From a virus (lineage: Duplodnaviria > Caudoviricetes), in the IMG/VR virus record IMGVR_UViG_3300045952_000362, positions 628 to 64,627 of that record: a stretch of DNA of 64,000 nt, one strand, 5' to 3'. Positions 47,907-57,381 of this stretch are shown here, in pieces. Position numbers and translations under genes: made by a program. Within the stretch, counting starts at the first letter, position 1, and every line of letters starts with the position of its first letter. The notes beneath the pieces were generated by a model. It had not been told where the DNA came from. It did no database searches and saw only the letters and a program-made list of their open reading frames with translations.

Positions 47907-48938
47907 TTACTTCTTCGCCTTCTTCTTGCCCTTGTCCGCCGTCTTCGCCGTTTTCTTCTTCGGCTCATCCGGCGTGTCGAGCACTTCGAGGATGCGATCC
48001 GCCGGCAGCTTCACCTTCTTGCCGTCTTCGGTCGTGACCTTGATAGCGTTCTCGTCTTCGAAGATCTCGGTGACCTCACCGATCTTCTTGCCATCCTTGG
48101 TCTTGACCCGGACACGCGACCCGACGGACAGCGCGACGGATTCGGAGTCGTCCTCTTCTTCGTCGTCGGACTCCTCTTCGTCTTCGCTCTCCTCGTCGTC
48201 TTCCTCTTCGTCGTCGGATTCTTCTTCCTCATCCGACTCCTCGTCCTCGTCTTCCTCCTCGTCTTCTTCGGCCGCCTTCTTCTTCGCAGCCTTGCCCTTT
48301 TTCTTCTTGGGCTCGTCCTCTTCCTCGTCCTCCTCTTCCGCATCTTCCTCCTCGTCGTCGTCGTCGGACTCTTCCTCCTCGTCGTCCGACTCCTCCTCGG
48401 ATTCGTCACCGTCTTCTTCCTCGTCGTCCTCCTCCTCGGCCGACTCGGCGTCCTCGACTTCGTCTTCATCGAGCAGACGGTTGATGCGCACGTTCTGGAA
48501 GTCGCCGTTGGTGACGAGCTTGATGCGGCAGACCGGCTTCTCCTTCTCGACTTCCTTCATGATGTTCGGGATGTCGGCTTCGAAGTCGTCGATCTGTGCG
48601 ATGTCAAAGCCCATCGCCCGCAGATCGCGCAGGAAGTACGTCCAGCCGTCCTCGTTCACCAGACGCTGGAATGCCTTCTTGGTCTTGCCACGGTACTCGC
48701 CCTCGAGGAACTTCCACGAGGTGACGGCCTGCATGTTGCCGGCACTGCTGGGCGCGATCTCGAGCTTCGTGGCACGGGCGACGTACGACCCGTCCTCGAA
48801 CTCCTCGAACCCCTTCGACGCATTGCTCGCAACGGTCTCGCGGAACTTGTTGGCCTTCTTGAGGAAGTCCTTCAGGTTCACCTTCTTGCCCTTGCCGTCG
48901 CCCTTGCTCTTCTGCTCTTTCGGTGCTTTCTTCGCCAC
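47907..48938 (-). CDS. SSB-like protein with very long acidic tracts and C-terminal KOW/SH3-like domain
   Basis: FEEFEDGSYVAR..WKFLEGEYRGK..FQNVRI OB-like N-terminus; about 110 aa D/E-rich region; VGSRVRV..GEVTEI; next to Sak4-like ATPase. Confidence 0.65.
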   Translation of the reverse strand: MAKKAPKEQKSKGDGKGKKVNLKDFLKKANKFRETVASNASKGFEEFEDGSYVARATKLEIAPSSAGNMQAVTSWKFLEGEYRGKTKKAFQRLVNEDGWTYFLRDLRAMGFDIAQIDDFEADIPNIMKEVEKEKPVCRIKLVTNGDFQNVRINRLLDEDEVEDAESAEEEDDEEEDGDESEEESDDEEEESDDDDEEEDAEEEDEEEDEPKKKKGKAAKKKAAEEDEEEDEDEESDEEEESDDEEEDDEESEDEEESDDEEEDDSESVALSVGSRVRVKTKDGKKIGEVTEIFEDENAIKVTTEDGKKVKLPADRILEVLDTPDEPKKKTAKTADKGKKKAKK

Positions 48939-48975
48939 GTTGCTCTCCTAGGGTAAATGGACTTGAGGGTCCGTC

Positions 48976-49878
48976 CTACTTCTTCAGCTTGAATGTCGTT
49001 TTCTTCTTGTCGCTCTTCGTGCGTCGCCGATCCTCTTCGACGACATCCTCCTCCGTAGTCGGCTCGTACCGATTGTGAAACGCGTCGTTGAAGTTCTTCC
49101 ACGCCTCGGCGGCCGAGTGCCCCATGTCGATATTCTTGAGGCGTCGACCGTCTGGTGTGCGGAAACGATTCTCGAACCGGTGCCCGGCCGCCAAGTGCTC
49201 GTCGCCAGCGACAGTGAGCACCCGACGGTCGTCGTCGTACTGGTAACACGCGTAGATGTCGATCATCGGTTCGACCACCTCGCGCATCTGCTTCGGCATC
49301 GTCGGCATGATGCGGTCGTACTCGCCGCCCTCCCGACGGCGAATGCCCTGCTCGTTCGCGTGCGACAGCAGCACGACCCCCTTGCCGGTCTGCGTCAACG
49401 CGTTCATGAAGTCGGAGAGCTTCCGTCGGCACTCCGACCACCCCTTGCCCCACTCCGCATCGCCGAGCGCGTCCACCCCCAGGTCCAAGCAGGTGGCGAC
49501 CTCGGCCAATCGATACAACAGATCGACCGTATCGATCGTGACGGTGCGGAACGACTTGTCCTTCTTCAACGCCCGCAGTACCCGTTCGGCTTTGAGCCAC
49601 GTCTTCAGGTCCTCTTTGACCAGACGCAGTCCACGGTAGCCAACCTCGGTCGCGAGGTTCAGGTTCTTCGGGGCGTGCGACAGCATGCTTGTCTTGCCGA
49701 TCTTCCGGTAGCCGTAGATCAGCACGAGGCAGTCTGACAGGTTGTCGACCGGCTCCGTGACGGACGACGGCAGCTTGTACGGACCACTGTCCTCGCCCCC
49801 GTCTTCGGTGCCGTGCTTCTTTTTCTTGGTCAACACCTTCTCGGTGCGACCGCCTTTTTCTTTCCTCACCACCGCCAC
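48976..49878 (-). CDS. Sak4-like/AAA_24 ATPase (recombinase)
   Basis: LIYGYRKIGKTS, TVTIDTVD, WGKGW, VVLLSH; RBS GAGGAGG before GTG 49878. Confidence 0.85.
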   Translation of the reverse strand: MAVVRKEKGGRTEKVLTKKKKHGTEDGGEDSGPYKLPSSVTEPVDNLSDCLVLIYGYRKIGKTSMLSHAPKNLNLATEVGYRGLRLVKEDLKTWLKAERVLRALKKDKSFRTVTIDTVDLLYRLAEVATCLDLGVDALGDAEWGKGWSECRRKLSDFMNALTQTGKGVVLLSHANEQGIRRREGGEYDRIMPTMPKQMREVVEPMIDIYACYQYDDDRRVLTVAGDEHLAAGHRFENRFRTPDGRRLKNIDMGHSAAEAWKNFNDAFHNRYEPTTEEDVVEEDRRRTKSDKKKTTFKLKK

Positions 49879-49939
49879 GTTGTCCTCCTCGGCGAGCGCA
49901 TCGGCCCACCCTGTTTCGATGTAATCTTCCGCTGCCACG

Positions 49940-51253
49940 TTACCGACGAGGCCGCAACATGCGACCACGACGTCGCTGCTGCACTTCGTCCTCCGACTCA
50001 AGACCGTACGCCACGCCGGTCTCATACAAGAGATCGTGCGGGTAGGTGCCGTTGGTAGCGATCCATTCGATCGCGCCTCCGCGCATCGCCTCGGGCGTCA
50101 ACACCCAGAACGGCATCTGACGCGCCGTGTGCTGTCGCGGCAGTTTGTCCACGGGCCGATACTCGTGATACAGGTAGCTCGGCTCCGTCTCGGTCGAGAC
50201 CCCGTGGATGGGATGGTCCTTCGGGTTCTCGCAGTTGGCGCAGCGCTCGTACGGGTTCGGCCACTTGCCGTCCGCGGGCCAGCTCTCGAGACCGGCGAAG
50301 GCCGCACGCTTCTGCATGTCGCTGTGCGACCCGAGGTAGCGCCCGAAGATCGGCGGGCACTTCATGTTGACCTCGCGTTGCATAAGCTGGGCCACGCAGT
50401 TCACTTCCCAGTCCATGATGTGCTCGAGACGGTTGCCCAGCACCCCTTTGAGCGCGACGTAGTTGTAGTCGCAGTGGATGTAGGTCTGCGTGCCCATCCA
50501 CAGGACTCGTCGCGCATCCTGCCACGGAATGCCGGCATCGACCAACGCCGCGTACAACGCCTTGCCCTCGTCCAGATAGGCTTGGATGGCGCCACGTAAA
50601 TCGTTGGCCCGGTCCTGCTGGTTGATGAACGACTCGATCGGCGTCCAGTCGGAGATGCAGACCTCGCGGCCGGTGACCACGGTGGGGTAAGGACCGCCGG
50701 GGCCTTCCGGGATACGGGCCGCCCCACGCTTCGCCTCGTCGGCCTCACAGGCGCGTGTAATGGTTTCTGGCATGGTCCAACGCCGGTGCCGCCAATCGTT
50801 GTCGCGGCCCCCGTGTTGCATGAACCCGGCCCCGACCCGTGTGCGCACGATCTGGTGGGTCTCGGCACGGCTGCACCCGTCGACGCAGAACGAGAACGTG
50901 AACCGTTCCAGTGCCTGCTGCAACGTCTTCCCGGCGAAGCACATCTCGACGTAGGCTTGCTGGTCCGGCTCGAGACGGCACCAGCCCGTCTTATGCTCCC
51001 AGGAGTTGATATGCTTGACGTGCTCCAGGTAGCCGCCATTGAACCCGCACGCACGATCGACCGTGCGGCTCGGGTCGTCTCCCCAGTTGCTGACGAGCGA
51101 ATCGTACAGCGACGGGAACATGTTGGTCTCGATCTGCGGCCAGTTGTCCAGTGTCACCACAAGCGACTCCGGCCCGCGGACCACGTCCGTGGACGGCATC
51201 TCGCCGGTGTGGACCGCATGGGGGCGGTGTTTGGCATCTGCGTAATCGGGCAT
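49940..51253 (-). CDS. Divergent ThyX-like flavin-dependent nucleotide-modifying enzyme
   Basis: FTFSFCVDGCSRAETHQIVRTR, YAALVDAGIPWQDARRVL, NRLEH..WEVN resemble ThyX; RHRx7S motif degenerate. Confidence 0.75.
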   Translation of the reverse strand: MPDYADAKHRPHAVHTGEMPSTDVVRGPESLVVTLDNWPQIETNMFPSLYDSLVSNWGDDPSRTVDRACGFNGGYLEHVKHINSWEHKTGWCRLEPDQQAYVEMCFAGKTLQQALERFTFSFCVDGCSRAETHQIVRTRVGAGFMQHGGRDNDWRHRRWTMPETITRACEADEAKRGAARIPEGPGGPYPTVVTGREVCISDWTPIESFINQQDRANDLRGAIQAYLDEGKALYAALVDAGIPWQDARRVLWMGTQTYIHCDYNYVALKGVLGNRLEHIMDWEVNCVAQLMQREVNMKCPPIFGRYLGSHSDMQKRAAFAGLESWPADGKWPNPYERCANCENPKDHPIHGVSTETEPSYLYHEYRPVDKLPRQHTARQMPFWVLTPEAMRGGAIEWIATNGTYPHDLLYETGVAYGLESEDEVQQRRRGRMLRPRR

Positions 51254-51263
51254 GGTGGGTCTC

Positions 51264-52244
51264 CTACTCCTTCTCGTTGAAACGCAACTCGCCGAGGGTA
51301 CGGACGAGTGTGAACGGTTGAATCTGCTCCGGTGTAAGTCCGAGTGTGGTCTCCCGCCGAAGCAGATAACACGGGATACCGAGGCGAGCGAACCCAGCCA
51401 AGTGGTTGGGGTCATCGTCGACGACGAGCTTGATCTGATGGTGCACGTTGTCCTGCAACATGCGCTCCGTTTTGTTGGACGCCCACCACAGATAGTCGAA
51501 CGGGAGTTTGTGATCCTGCAGCCACAGCAACGTGTCCGTGTACAGGTTCGGGTATTGGTCGATGGGACGAGACGTGAGCAGGATGATCTTCAACCCCTGC
51601 TCGCGCAAGTGTCCGAGGAACGCGGCCGCATCGTCGAATGCCGGCAGCTGTCGCTTGGCCCCGGAGACCCGGAACTCGTGTTTGATGTTCTGCCAATCGC
51701 TCTCGTCCAGTTCGAGTGCGTCTCCGTTGATCCACAGCGCATCCCGCTCCACGTTGTCGATGCGTCGCAACAGTTTCCGTTGGTAGGGGAACTTCGACCG
51801 AAGATACGCGCACATGCCGCCGATAAAGTTGCACAGCACTTGGTCGATGTCCACGACCGCGCACGGCCCCGTCAACTGTCCCGACCACTCCTCGGAGTAG
51901 CGCTGGCGCACCACCGCGGTCTTCCGCCAGTAGGCTTCGATAGCCCGCTCCGGAGTGAACCCGTGGATCTGCAGCAACGACATCACACACTTCAGGATGT
52001 CCGCGAGCTCGTCGTCGAGATGCGCTTGGTTGTCCCGGATGGCGGGCCGTCGATGCTTCTTCCATTTCATGGCGCGCAGGAGCTCGTGCAACTCTGACTC
52101 CGTGTTCAGCACGAACTCGCTAGTCTGGGCCGCCAGCTCCTCGGTGTTCTTGGGCTGCTGCCGGAACAGCGTATTGAACGCCCGCTGGTCCTCCCAGATG
52201 TCGCGCAGGGCCTTGCCCAGCATGGCGTCGTCCATCGTCGGCAT
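51264..52244 (-). CDS. MazG/dimeric dUTPase-like pyrophosphatase fused to HAD 5'-nucleotidase
   Basis: ESELHELL..WKKHR..DDELADILK; VVDIDQVL, LLTSRP, VDDDP. Confidence 0.8.
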   Translation of the reverse strand: MPTMDDAMLGKALRDIWEDQRAFNTLFRQQPKNTEELAAQTSEFVLNTESELHELLRAMKWKKHRRPAIRDNQAHLDDELADILKCVMSLLQIHGFTPERAIEAYWRKTAVVRQRYSEEWSGQLTGPCAVVDIDQVLCNFIGGMCAYLRSKFPYQRKLLRRIDNVERDALWINGDALELDESDWQNIKHEFRVSGAKRQLPAFDDAAAFLGHLREQGLKIILLTSRPIDQYPNLYTDTLLWLQDHKLPFDYLWWASNKTERMLQDNVHHQIKLVVDDDPNHLAGFARLGIPCYLLRRETTLGLTPEQIQPFTLVRTLGELRFNEKE

Positions 52245-53155
52245 CACATCACACCCCCACGCGACTCGTAGACCGAGATGTGTCGGGACATCGCCCACGT
52301 CCGCACCGCCCGGTAGGACTCGTGCGCCAGTTCGTCGGTGCGCCACCGGGCGAAGCGTCCGAACATGAAGATGTCGAAGATCTCCAGCGACGCGATGCTG
52401 GTCTCCGTGTGCTCGTTGGGGTAGATCTTGCCGGGCACTACGCCGAAGCCTTCGACCCCGAATGCGTTGCGGTCCAACGACTCGCGAAAGCATTTCCCCT
52501 CGCGCCACGTCTCTCGGTACCACGGCACCTTCGGGTTCGAAATGTAGTTGACCCGCATGCCGTTGTTCCACATCGACGGGTGCTGCGCCTTCCACCACGG
52601 CAGTTCGCTGGTGTGGAAGAAGATGGGCCGGTAGCGCAACGTGTTCGCCATCGCGTCGTAGGCCCCGTGGCGCATCAGCCGCAGGAACGCGTAGAGGGGA
52701 ATGGTGGACAGCAGGTAGTCGTAGTGCTCCTGTCGGCCGCCCGCCATCAACAGCGTGCGCGTGTGTCCGTCGATGCATTTGATCTTCTGGTCGTACTCCA
52801 CCCGGTCCGGCGGCAGGGTCACCGAGTACCCTCTCATGCGACGTGAAAACTGCGCTCGCCAGTCGCCCCCGTCAAGTTCTTTCCCCACGCGGGCCTTGTA
52901 GCGGGCTACACGTTCGTCGGTCGCGGTGCGTCCGTCGACCAGTGTCGTGACGTTGAACTCCTCGTGCTCGTCTGGCGAGAATCCCTGCAACGGTTCCCAC
53001 AGGTACTGCGGCCCGAGCATGCGGGAGCTGACCGTCGGTGCCTCCTTTCGCCAATCGAACACACGTGCCGACGGCAGCACGCTGTGGATGAGGCGGCCGA
53101 GGAATCCTCCGCCGACGATAATGATACGTGGATGCGCCGCTCGTAGGGTGGTCAT
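52244..53155 (-). CDS. FAD-dependent oxidoreductase (UDP-galactopyranose mutase-like architecture)
   Basis: IIIVGGGFLG dinucleotide-binding motif, YDYLLSTIPL, FGRFARW. Confidence 0.65.
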   Translation of the reverse strand: MTTLRAAHPRIIIVGGGFLGRLIHSVLPSARVFDWRKEAPTVSSRMLGPQYLWEPLQGFSPDEHEEFNVTTLVDGRTATDERVARYKARVGKELDGGDWRAQFSRRMRGYSVTLPPDRVEYDQKIKCIDGHTRTLLMAGGRQEHYDYLLSTIPLYAFLRLMRHGAYDAMANTLRYRPIFFHTSELPWWKAQHPSMWNNGMRVNYISNPKVPWYRETWREGKCFRESLDRNAFGVEGFGVVPGKIYPNEHTETSIASLEIFDIFMFGRFARWRTDELAHESYRAVRTWAMSRHISVYESRGGVM

Positions 53156-53157
53156 CG

Positions 53158-54195
53158 TTATACGTCCTCCAACTCTCTGAACACTGTCTTCCGTTTTGCA
53201 TGGCGACTGAAATCGCCGTTGGCACAGATGGGAAGGAACCCACACGTGCCGTATTTGTTCTCGCAGTGGTTGTCGTTGTCGTAGTGCGGGGCCTCCCCTC
53301 GGAACCACTTGATGAAATCCTCGAGCACCGCATCGCGCTTCTTCAACTCGCGTGCGAGATCCTTCTTGTCGATGGACATCTTCAGCCGAATGAAATAGTG
53401 CTCCGGTCGCTTCGACACGTCCGCTGCCACACGGGCCGCGAACACCGGCAACGACTCCCCCTTCTTCGGCGCGAGGTTTGGTTTCCGTACGATGTTGTAG
53501 AGCACACCCCCCGGCGTCTTGTTCTCCATCGCGAGGATAGCGCCGAGATACATATTGACTTGGATGTTGCGCGGCAGGACATCCACCAGATTGGATTCAC
53601 CCTGCTCGCCCAGACGTGACTTGGTCTTTGTCTCCAGCAGCCACGTACGGTTGTCCTTGTCGGGATTGAATCGTCCGTCCATCTTGCCTCGGAAGAAGGT
53701 GTTCAGCCATCCGAAGACCGTGGTGGGGACTTTGAACTGGTGCTCCAAGGACAACCACTTCACTTTCGTGAGGTCCTTGTGCCAGTAGGAGAAGTATACA
53801 GGCAGGATGGCGTTGGCCAAGAGGATGCACATGTCCAACGCTTGCAACGTCTCGGGGGCCGCCTTGGGGTTTTCTGCGCGCCACTGCTTCTCGATACGCA
53901 GCGTCACCTTCTTGATGTCCTCGCGTTTGGGGAGCGAAGTCAACTTGCGCTCTTGGATCTGGGTGTAGAAGATCTCGAGCGCTGCGTGGATCACCGTGCC
54001 GAAGATCGAGCTCGGGCCCACGCGAGTGTCTGTCCATCCCAGCAACGATAGCCGGGCCGCCTCTCGGCAGTTCTTGAACGTCTGCAACAACCCCTGCGTC
54101 ACGCCGTCGCGCTCGGGGTTATAGAACGCGGGGTCGATGCCGTGGGGGTTCGCCGGGGGCACCACGGTCCTTGGTTTGACCAGCTTCAGTTTCAT
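53158..54195 (-). CDS. PD-(D/E)XK exonuclease (RecB/Cas4-like)
   Basis: FKNC, FGTVIHAALE, GKMDG..LLETKTK, QVNMY, C-terminal C..CGF..IC. Confidence 0.88.
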   Translation of the reverse strand: MKLKLVKPRTVVPPANPHGIDPAFYNPERDGVTQGLLQTFKNCREAARLSLLGWTDTRVGPSSIFGTVIHAALEIFYTQIQERKLTSLPKREDIKKVTLRIEKQWRAENPKAAPETLQALDMCILLANAILPVYFSYWHKDLTKVKWLSLEHQFKVPTTVFGWLNTFFRGKMDGRFNPDKDNRTWLLETKTKSRLGEQGESNLVDVLPRNIQVNMYLGAILAMENKTPGGVLYNIVRKPNLAPKKGESLPVFAARVAADVSKRPEHYFIRLKMSIDKKDLARELKKRDAVLEDFIKWFRGEAPHYDNDNHCENKYGTCGFLPICANGDFSRHAKRKTVFRELEDV

Positions 54196-54361
54196 TACCC
54201 GTTCTCCGGATTCCGACGTGCGGCTTTCTCGCGCGCCTGACGCAGCATGTCCTTGGCCGTGGCGTAGTTGACCTTGAACACCTTCTGGATTTCCGAGATC
54301 GCATCACCGTCATGCTCGACGGCATTCGCGATCGTGTTGATACGAATGGCCTCCGACTTCG

Positions 54362-55108
54362 TCATAGCTTCTCCTCGAAGAGGTCCAGCTGCCTGGACCG
54401 GTAGAATGTCATCGTTGTGCGGTGCACCAAGATCGCCACGTTCCTTCTTGTATCGCCTCGCTCCGCCCCGTCGCACAGCAGACACTTGGAGCACGTGGTG
54501 CGGTGTCCGCCTTCGTCGCTGGCAGGGCAGAGGGTCTCGTCGTGCATCAGAGCACTGTCGTCCGTGCGCACACGGAACGTGCGGTAGCCCTTGGCCAATG
54601 CCTCACGCTGCTCCGCTTCGGTGTCCACGCTGGCCATGCAGATCTCGCGCATCTCGAGAGCGCACGTGCGCCAATGGTGGGTGTAGGCGGTCCACCCCCG
54701 AGCCCGCCGCAGGAGTCCCCGCCACCAGTCGACCGGCACGGCTGCAGGGTCCCCATAGGCCCCAATGCGCAACAGCCCGTCCCGCACGGCGTGCGACACC
54801 CGAGGCATGGCGGCCGCCGAGAGGTCCTCGTAACGCCCCGCCCGCCACGCCCGAAACACGGCGGCAGGGGCGTGGGCCACCGTCACGTAACAGGAACGCT
54901 GAAGGCCGTTAATGCCTCGGTGGGCGCAGTCCCCGCAGATCGCCCGGTCGTCGCCGTCGCGCACGGCCACCAGCGGATGCTTGTCGGTGCGGAGGATCCA
55001 CAGCTGCGTCATGGGGCCGGTCTTCCGGTTGGCCGAGTCCTCGGTCGCAATGACCATAATGGTGGCTTCGGGATCCAACAGCGATGCGCCGCGATACAAG
55101 ATCTTCAT
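54362..55108 (-). CDS. Conserved Cys-rich phage protein (DUF7227-like)
   Basis: ANRKTGPM, ICGDCAHR, CYV, RIGAYGDPAAVP, YTHHW, MASVD, CPAS..CSKCLLC. Confidence 0.65.
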   Translation of the reverse strand: MKILYRGASLLDPEATIMVIATEDSANRKTGPMTQLWILRTDKHPLVAVRDGDDRAICGDCAHRGINGLQRSCYVTVAHAPAAVFRAWRAGRYEDLSAAAMPRVSHAVRDGLLRIGAYGDPAAVPVDWWRGLLRRARGWTAYTHHWRTCALEMREICMASVDTEAEQREALAKGYRTFRVRTDDSALMHDETLCPASDEGGHRTTCSKCLLCDGAERGDTRRNVAILVHRTTMTFYRSRQLDLFEEKL

Positions 55109-55521
55109 GCCTCCTCCGGCCGGGGCGCAAACAGCCCACCATACTGCAACACGCGATCGAGACGGTTGCCCTCGGGCGTCCGCCATGCCAAGTGTTCCGG
55201 GTTCCAGCACCATGCGTTGATACATTCGACGTGGGCCGCCTCCAACCCTTCACGATCGGAGAGCGGCACTCCGTCAACCAACGACAGTGCCACACGCGCC
55301 ACGTGCACCACGGGACTGTCTTGGTGCGGACCGAGCCACACCACCGGACGCGACGGCCCCTTCTTCTTGCCCCGGTGCACCTTCTGGGAGTGTGCTCCCA
55401 CCCAGCGCCAGCATCCGTTGGGTTCAACGCGCAGATGCGCCCGCATCCGTTCGATGAGACCGCCCTTGCCGCGAATGCGCTTGAACGTTTCCTTCTGTTT
55501 CTTTCGTCCCCGGCGTTTCAT
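55105..55521 (-). CDS. HNH endonuclease-like protein
   Basis: GCWRWVG, AAHVECINAWCWNPEHL..EGN. Confidence 0.8.
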   Translation of the reverse strand: MKRRGRKKQKETFKRIRGKGGLIERMRAHLRVEPNGCWRWVGAHSQKVHRGKKKGPSRPVVWLGPHQDSPVVHVARVALSLVDGVPLSDREGLEAAHVECINAWCWNPEHLAWRTPEGNRLDRVLQYGGLFAPRPEEA

Positions 55522-55886
55522 TCACCCCTCGAAAGATGGATGACGGGGATGCCGGCAGCACGCGCATACCGCACAGTGGCCCACGTGCCGGAGCGAATGA
55601 TTTCTTCGTCGGTCGCCGGTGCTGCGATCAGGATCTGTGAGGCGGCAACGATCTTCCGGTTCCGTCCAAGCGGATCGCGACCAGCCGGAAAGCAAACGGC
55701 ATCAACACGGGGGACAAAGAGTTTGACGAGCGATGCAGCCTGACGGTCGGCACCGATTGCTCCGCCGTGGTTGAACGTTTTTGTTCCACCAAGGATGGAC
55801 CGGAGCAGCAGTCGGAGCTGCATCTTCTGCTCGTGCGACATCCCCTGCCTCGTGCCGGTGAACCCGACCGACTGAATGTAACGCAT
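55518..55886 (-). CDS. SLOG-superfamily protein
   Basis: VGFTGTR, HGGAIGAD, RNRKIV, RSGTWATVRYA. Confidence 0.8.
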   Translation of the reverse strand: MRYIQSVGFTGTRQGMSHEQKMQLRLLLRSILGGTKTFNHGGAIGADRQAASLVKLFVPRVDAVCFPAGRDPLGRNRKIVAASQILIAAPATDEEIIRSGTWATVRYARAAGIPVIHLSRGE

Positions 55887-56389
55887 CAGAACCTCCCCTG
55901 CGCCCACATGCCGATACCCACAGCGTCCCACGCATCCTTCTCGATGCCGAGGTCGTCGCACTGCTTCCGTCCAAGCTTCCGCCGCAGCCGATCGATCACG
56001 ATGGTCTTCGGCAGCTGCCCTTTCCACTGGCTCGGCTTCACCAATCGAAAGTCCTTCGCTTGGCAGGACATGAAGTCGCAACACATCACGCCCACGAGGA
56101 ACACCAACGACTGCAGGTCGCCGGTCTGCCAGCCCATCGCACGCGAGACACTGCCTTGGAACTCCGGCATCTCGCACACCACACGCGCCCCTACGAGTCC
56201 GTGCACCTCTTGCACGAGCTCCTGGGAGAGTGCCATCGCTCGCTCCGGCAACGTGCCCTTGCGGGGTGCGCCCACAAGGCCGACACGCACCAGCCGACTC
56301 CCGCGCCAGTAGGCGTAGCCGGTGCTGCCGAGTCCCGGGTCGATCGACATCAACACCTCACCGGGCGGCATTGCGATCTCCTCCGTCAC
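55886..56389 (-). CDS. RuvC-like Holliday junction resolvase
   Basis: SIDPGLGSTG, VCEMP, PSQWKG, DAWDAVGIG. Confidence 0.85.
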   Translation of the reverse strand: MTEEIAMPPGEVLMSIDPGLGSTGYAYWRGSRLVRVGLVGAPRKGTLPERAMALSQELVQEVHGLVGARVVCEMPEFQGSVSRAMGWQTGDLQSLVFLVGVMCCDFMSCQAKDFRLVKPSQWKGQLPKTIVIDRLRRKLGRKQCDDLGIEKDAWDAVGIGMWAQGRF

Positions 56390-56559
56390 ACCACTCCGGA
56401 CTCAGCCACGACCGTTCGCAAGACCAGCTGAGTCTCGGCGCACCCGTGCGTGTGGAGTACAAACCGTTTGGTCGGTACCCCATACGCGTCCCACATCGGT
56501 AGCAATACTTGGCACGTAGATGCAACCGGAGCAGGAGCTTCCCGAACCACAGGAAGATT

Positions 56560-57381
56560 TTAACGCGCATTGCGGCCCCCCAGTCGCGTCTTGATGCCGC
56601 CGTCTTCGTATTTCAGAATCGTGGACCACGGTGTCATCGGGTCCGACAGTCCCATGTAGATGGGGAAGTCGCGACACAGTGCTTGCGTGGACATCGTGTT
56701 CTTCGAAATGCGATCGGCGATCAGTCCCTGACCCCCCGGCTCGTAGCGGGCCTTGGCGAATGGCGCATCGGGGCAGACACGGAACTGCCGGATGCCCTGT
56801 TGGATCATCCACATGACGAGGTGCCGGTCCTCGTAACAGTAGACGTCCTTGGGATGCTCGTAGTCGGCATACAGATCGCCCGGCACTCCCCACAGCATCA
56901 TGGAGATGCGAGGGTAGCTGCGCAACCCACCAACGACTTCGGCACCTTCGACCTTGTCCTTATCCCAGTGCGCCGCGGTGCCGTGCATGCCGGCCATGAT
57001 GACCGTCTGCCCACTCCACTTTTGATACGCGTACCACGCGCACACGAGGTTGTCCAACGCCTCGCGTGTGTAGGTGGCGTTGTCGTCCGTCTGGATCACG
57101 AGGTCGTAGCGCTCCGGCTGACAGGCGCGACGAATCAACTCGCGCGCCCATCCTACGCTGCCACCAGGATTCTTCACCGGCACGAGCTTCGCCTTCTTCG
57201 GTCGCAGCCAGTCGTACTCGGGATTGCGGTGGGACGGGGCGTGGTCCACACCGATGAAGACGCCGGGGGCGTCCAGGTAGCTCATCTTTCGTTGCCACAG
57301 GCGCTGCATACGAACGCCCCGGCCCCGTGTCGGGATGCAGACGGCGTAACGGATCTTCGTACCTTTATGAGTTGCGATCAT
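56560..57381 (-). CDS. GT-A glycosyltransferase resembling TAGT/GREB1-like DNA base glycosyltransferases
   Basis: VCIPTRGR, SVGWARELI, QTDDN, YEDRHL, PGG; located among DNA metabolism genes. Confidence 0.6.
   Translation of the reverse strand: MIATHKGTKIRYAVCIPTRGRGVRMQRLWQRKMSYLDAPGVFIGVDHAPSHRNPEYDWLRPKKAKLVPVKNPGGSVGWARELIRRACQPERYDLVIQTDDNATYTREALDNLVCAWYAYQKWSGQTVIMAGMHGTAAHWDKDKVEGAEVVGGLRSYPRISMMLWGVPGDLYADYEHPKDVYCYEDRHLVMWMIQQGIRQFRVCPDAPFAKARYEPGGQGLIADRISKNTMSTQALCRDFPIYMGLSDPMTPWSTILKYEDGGIKTRLGGRNAR

Noticed and set aside
48140-48470. TCN-rich microsatellite-like tract
   Set aside because: Explained by Asp/Glu codons of the acidic protein on the minus strand.
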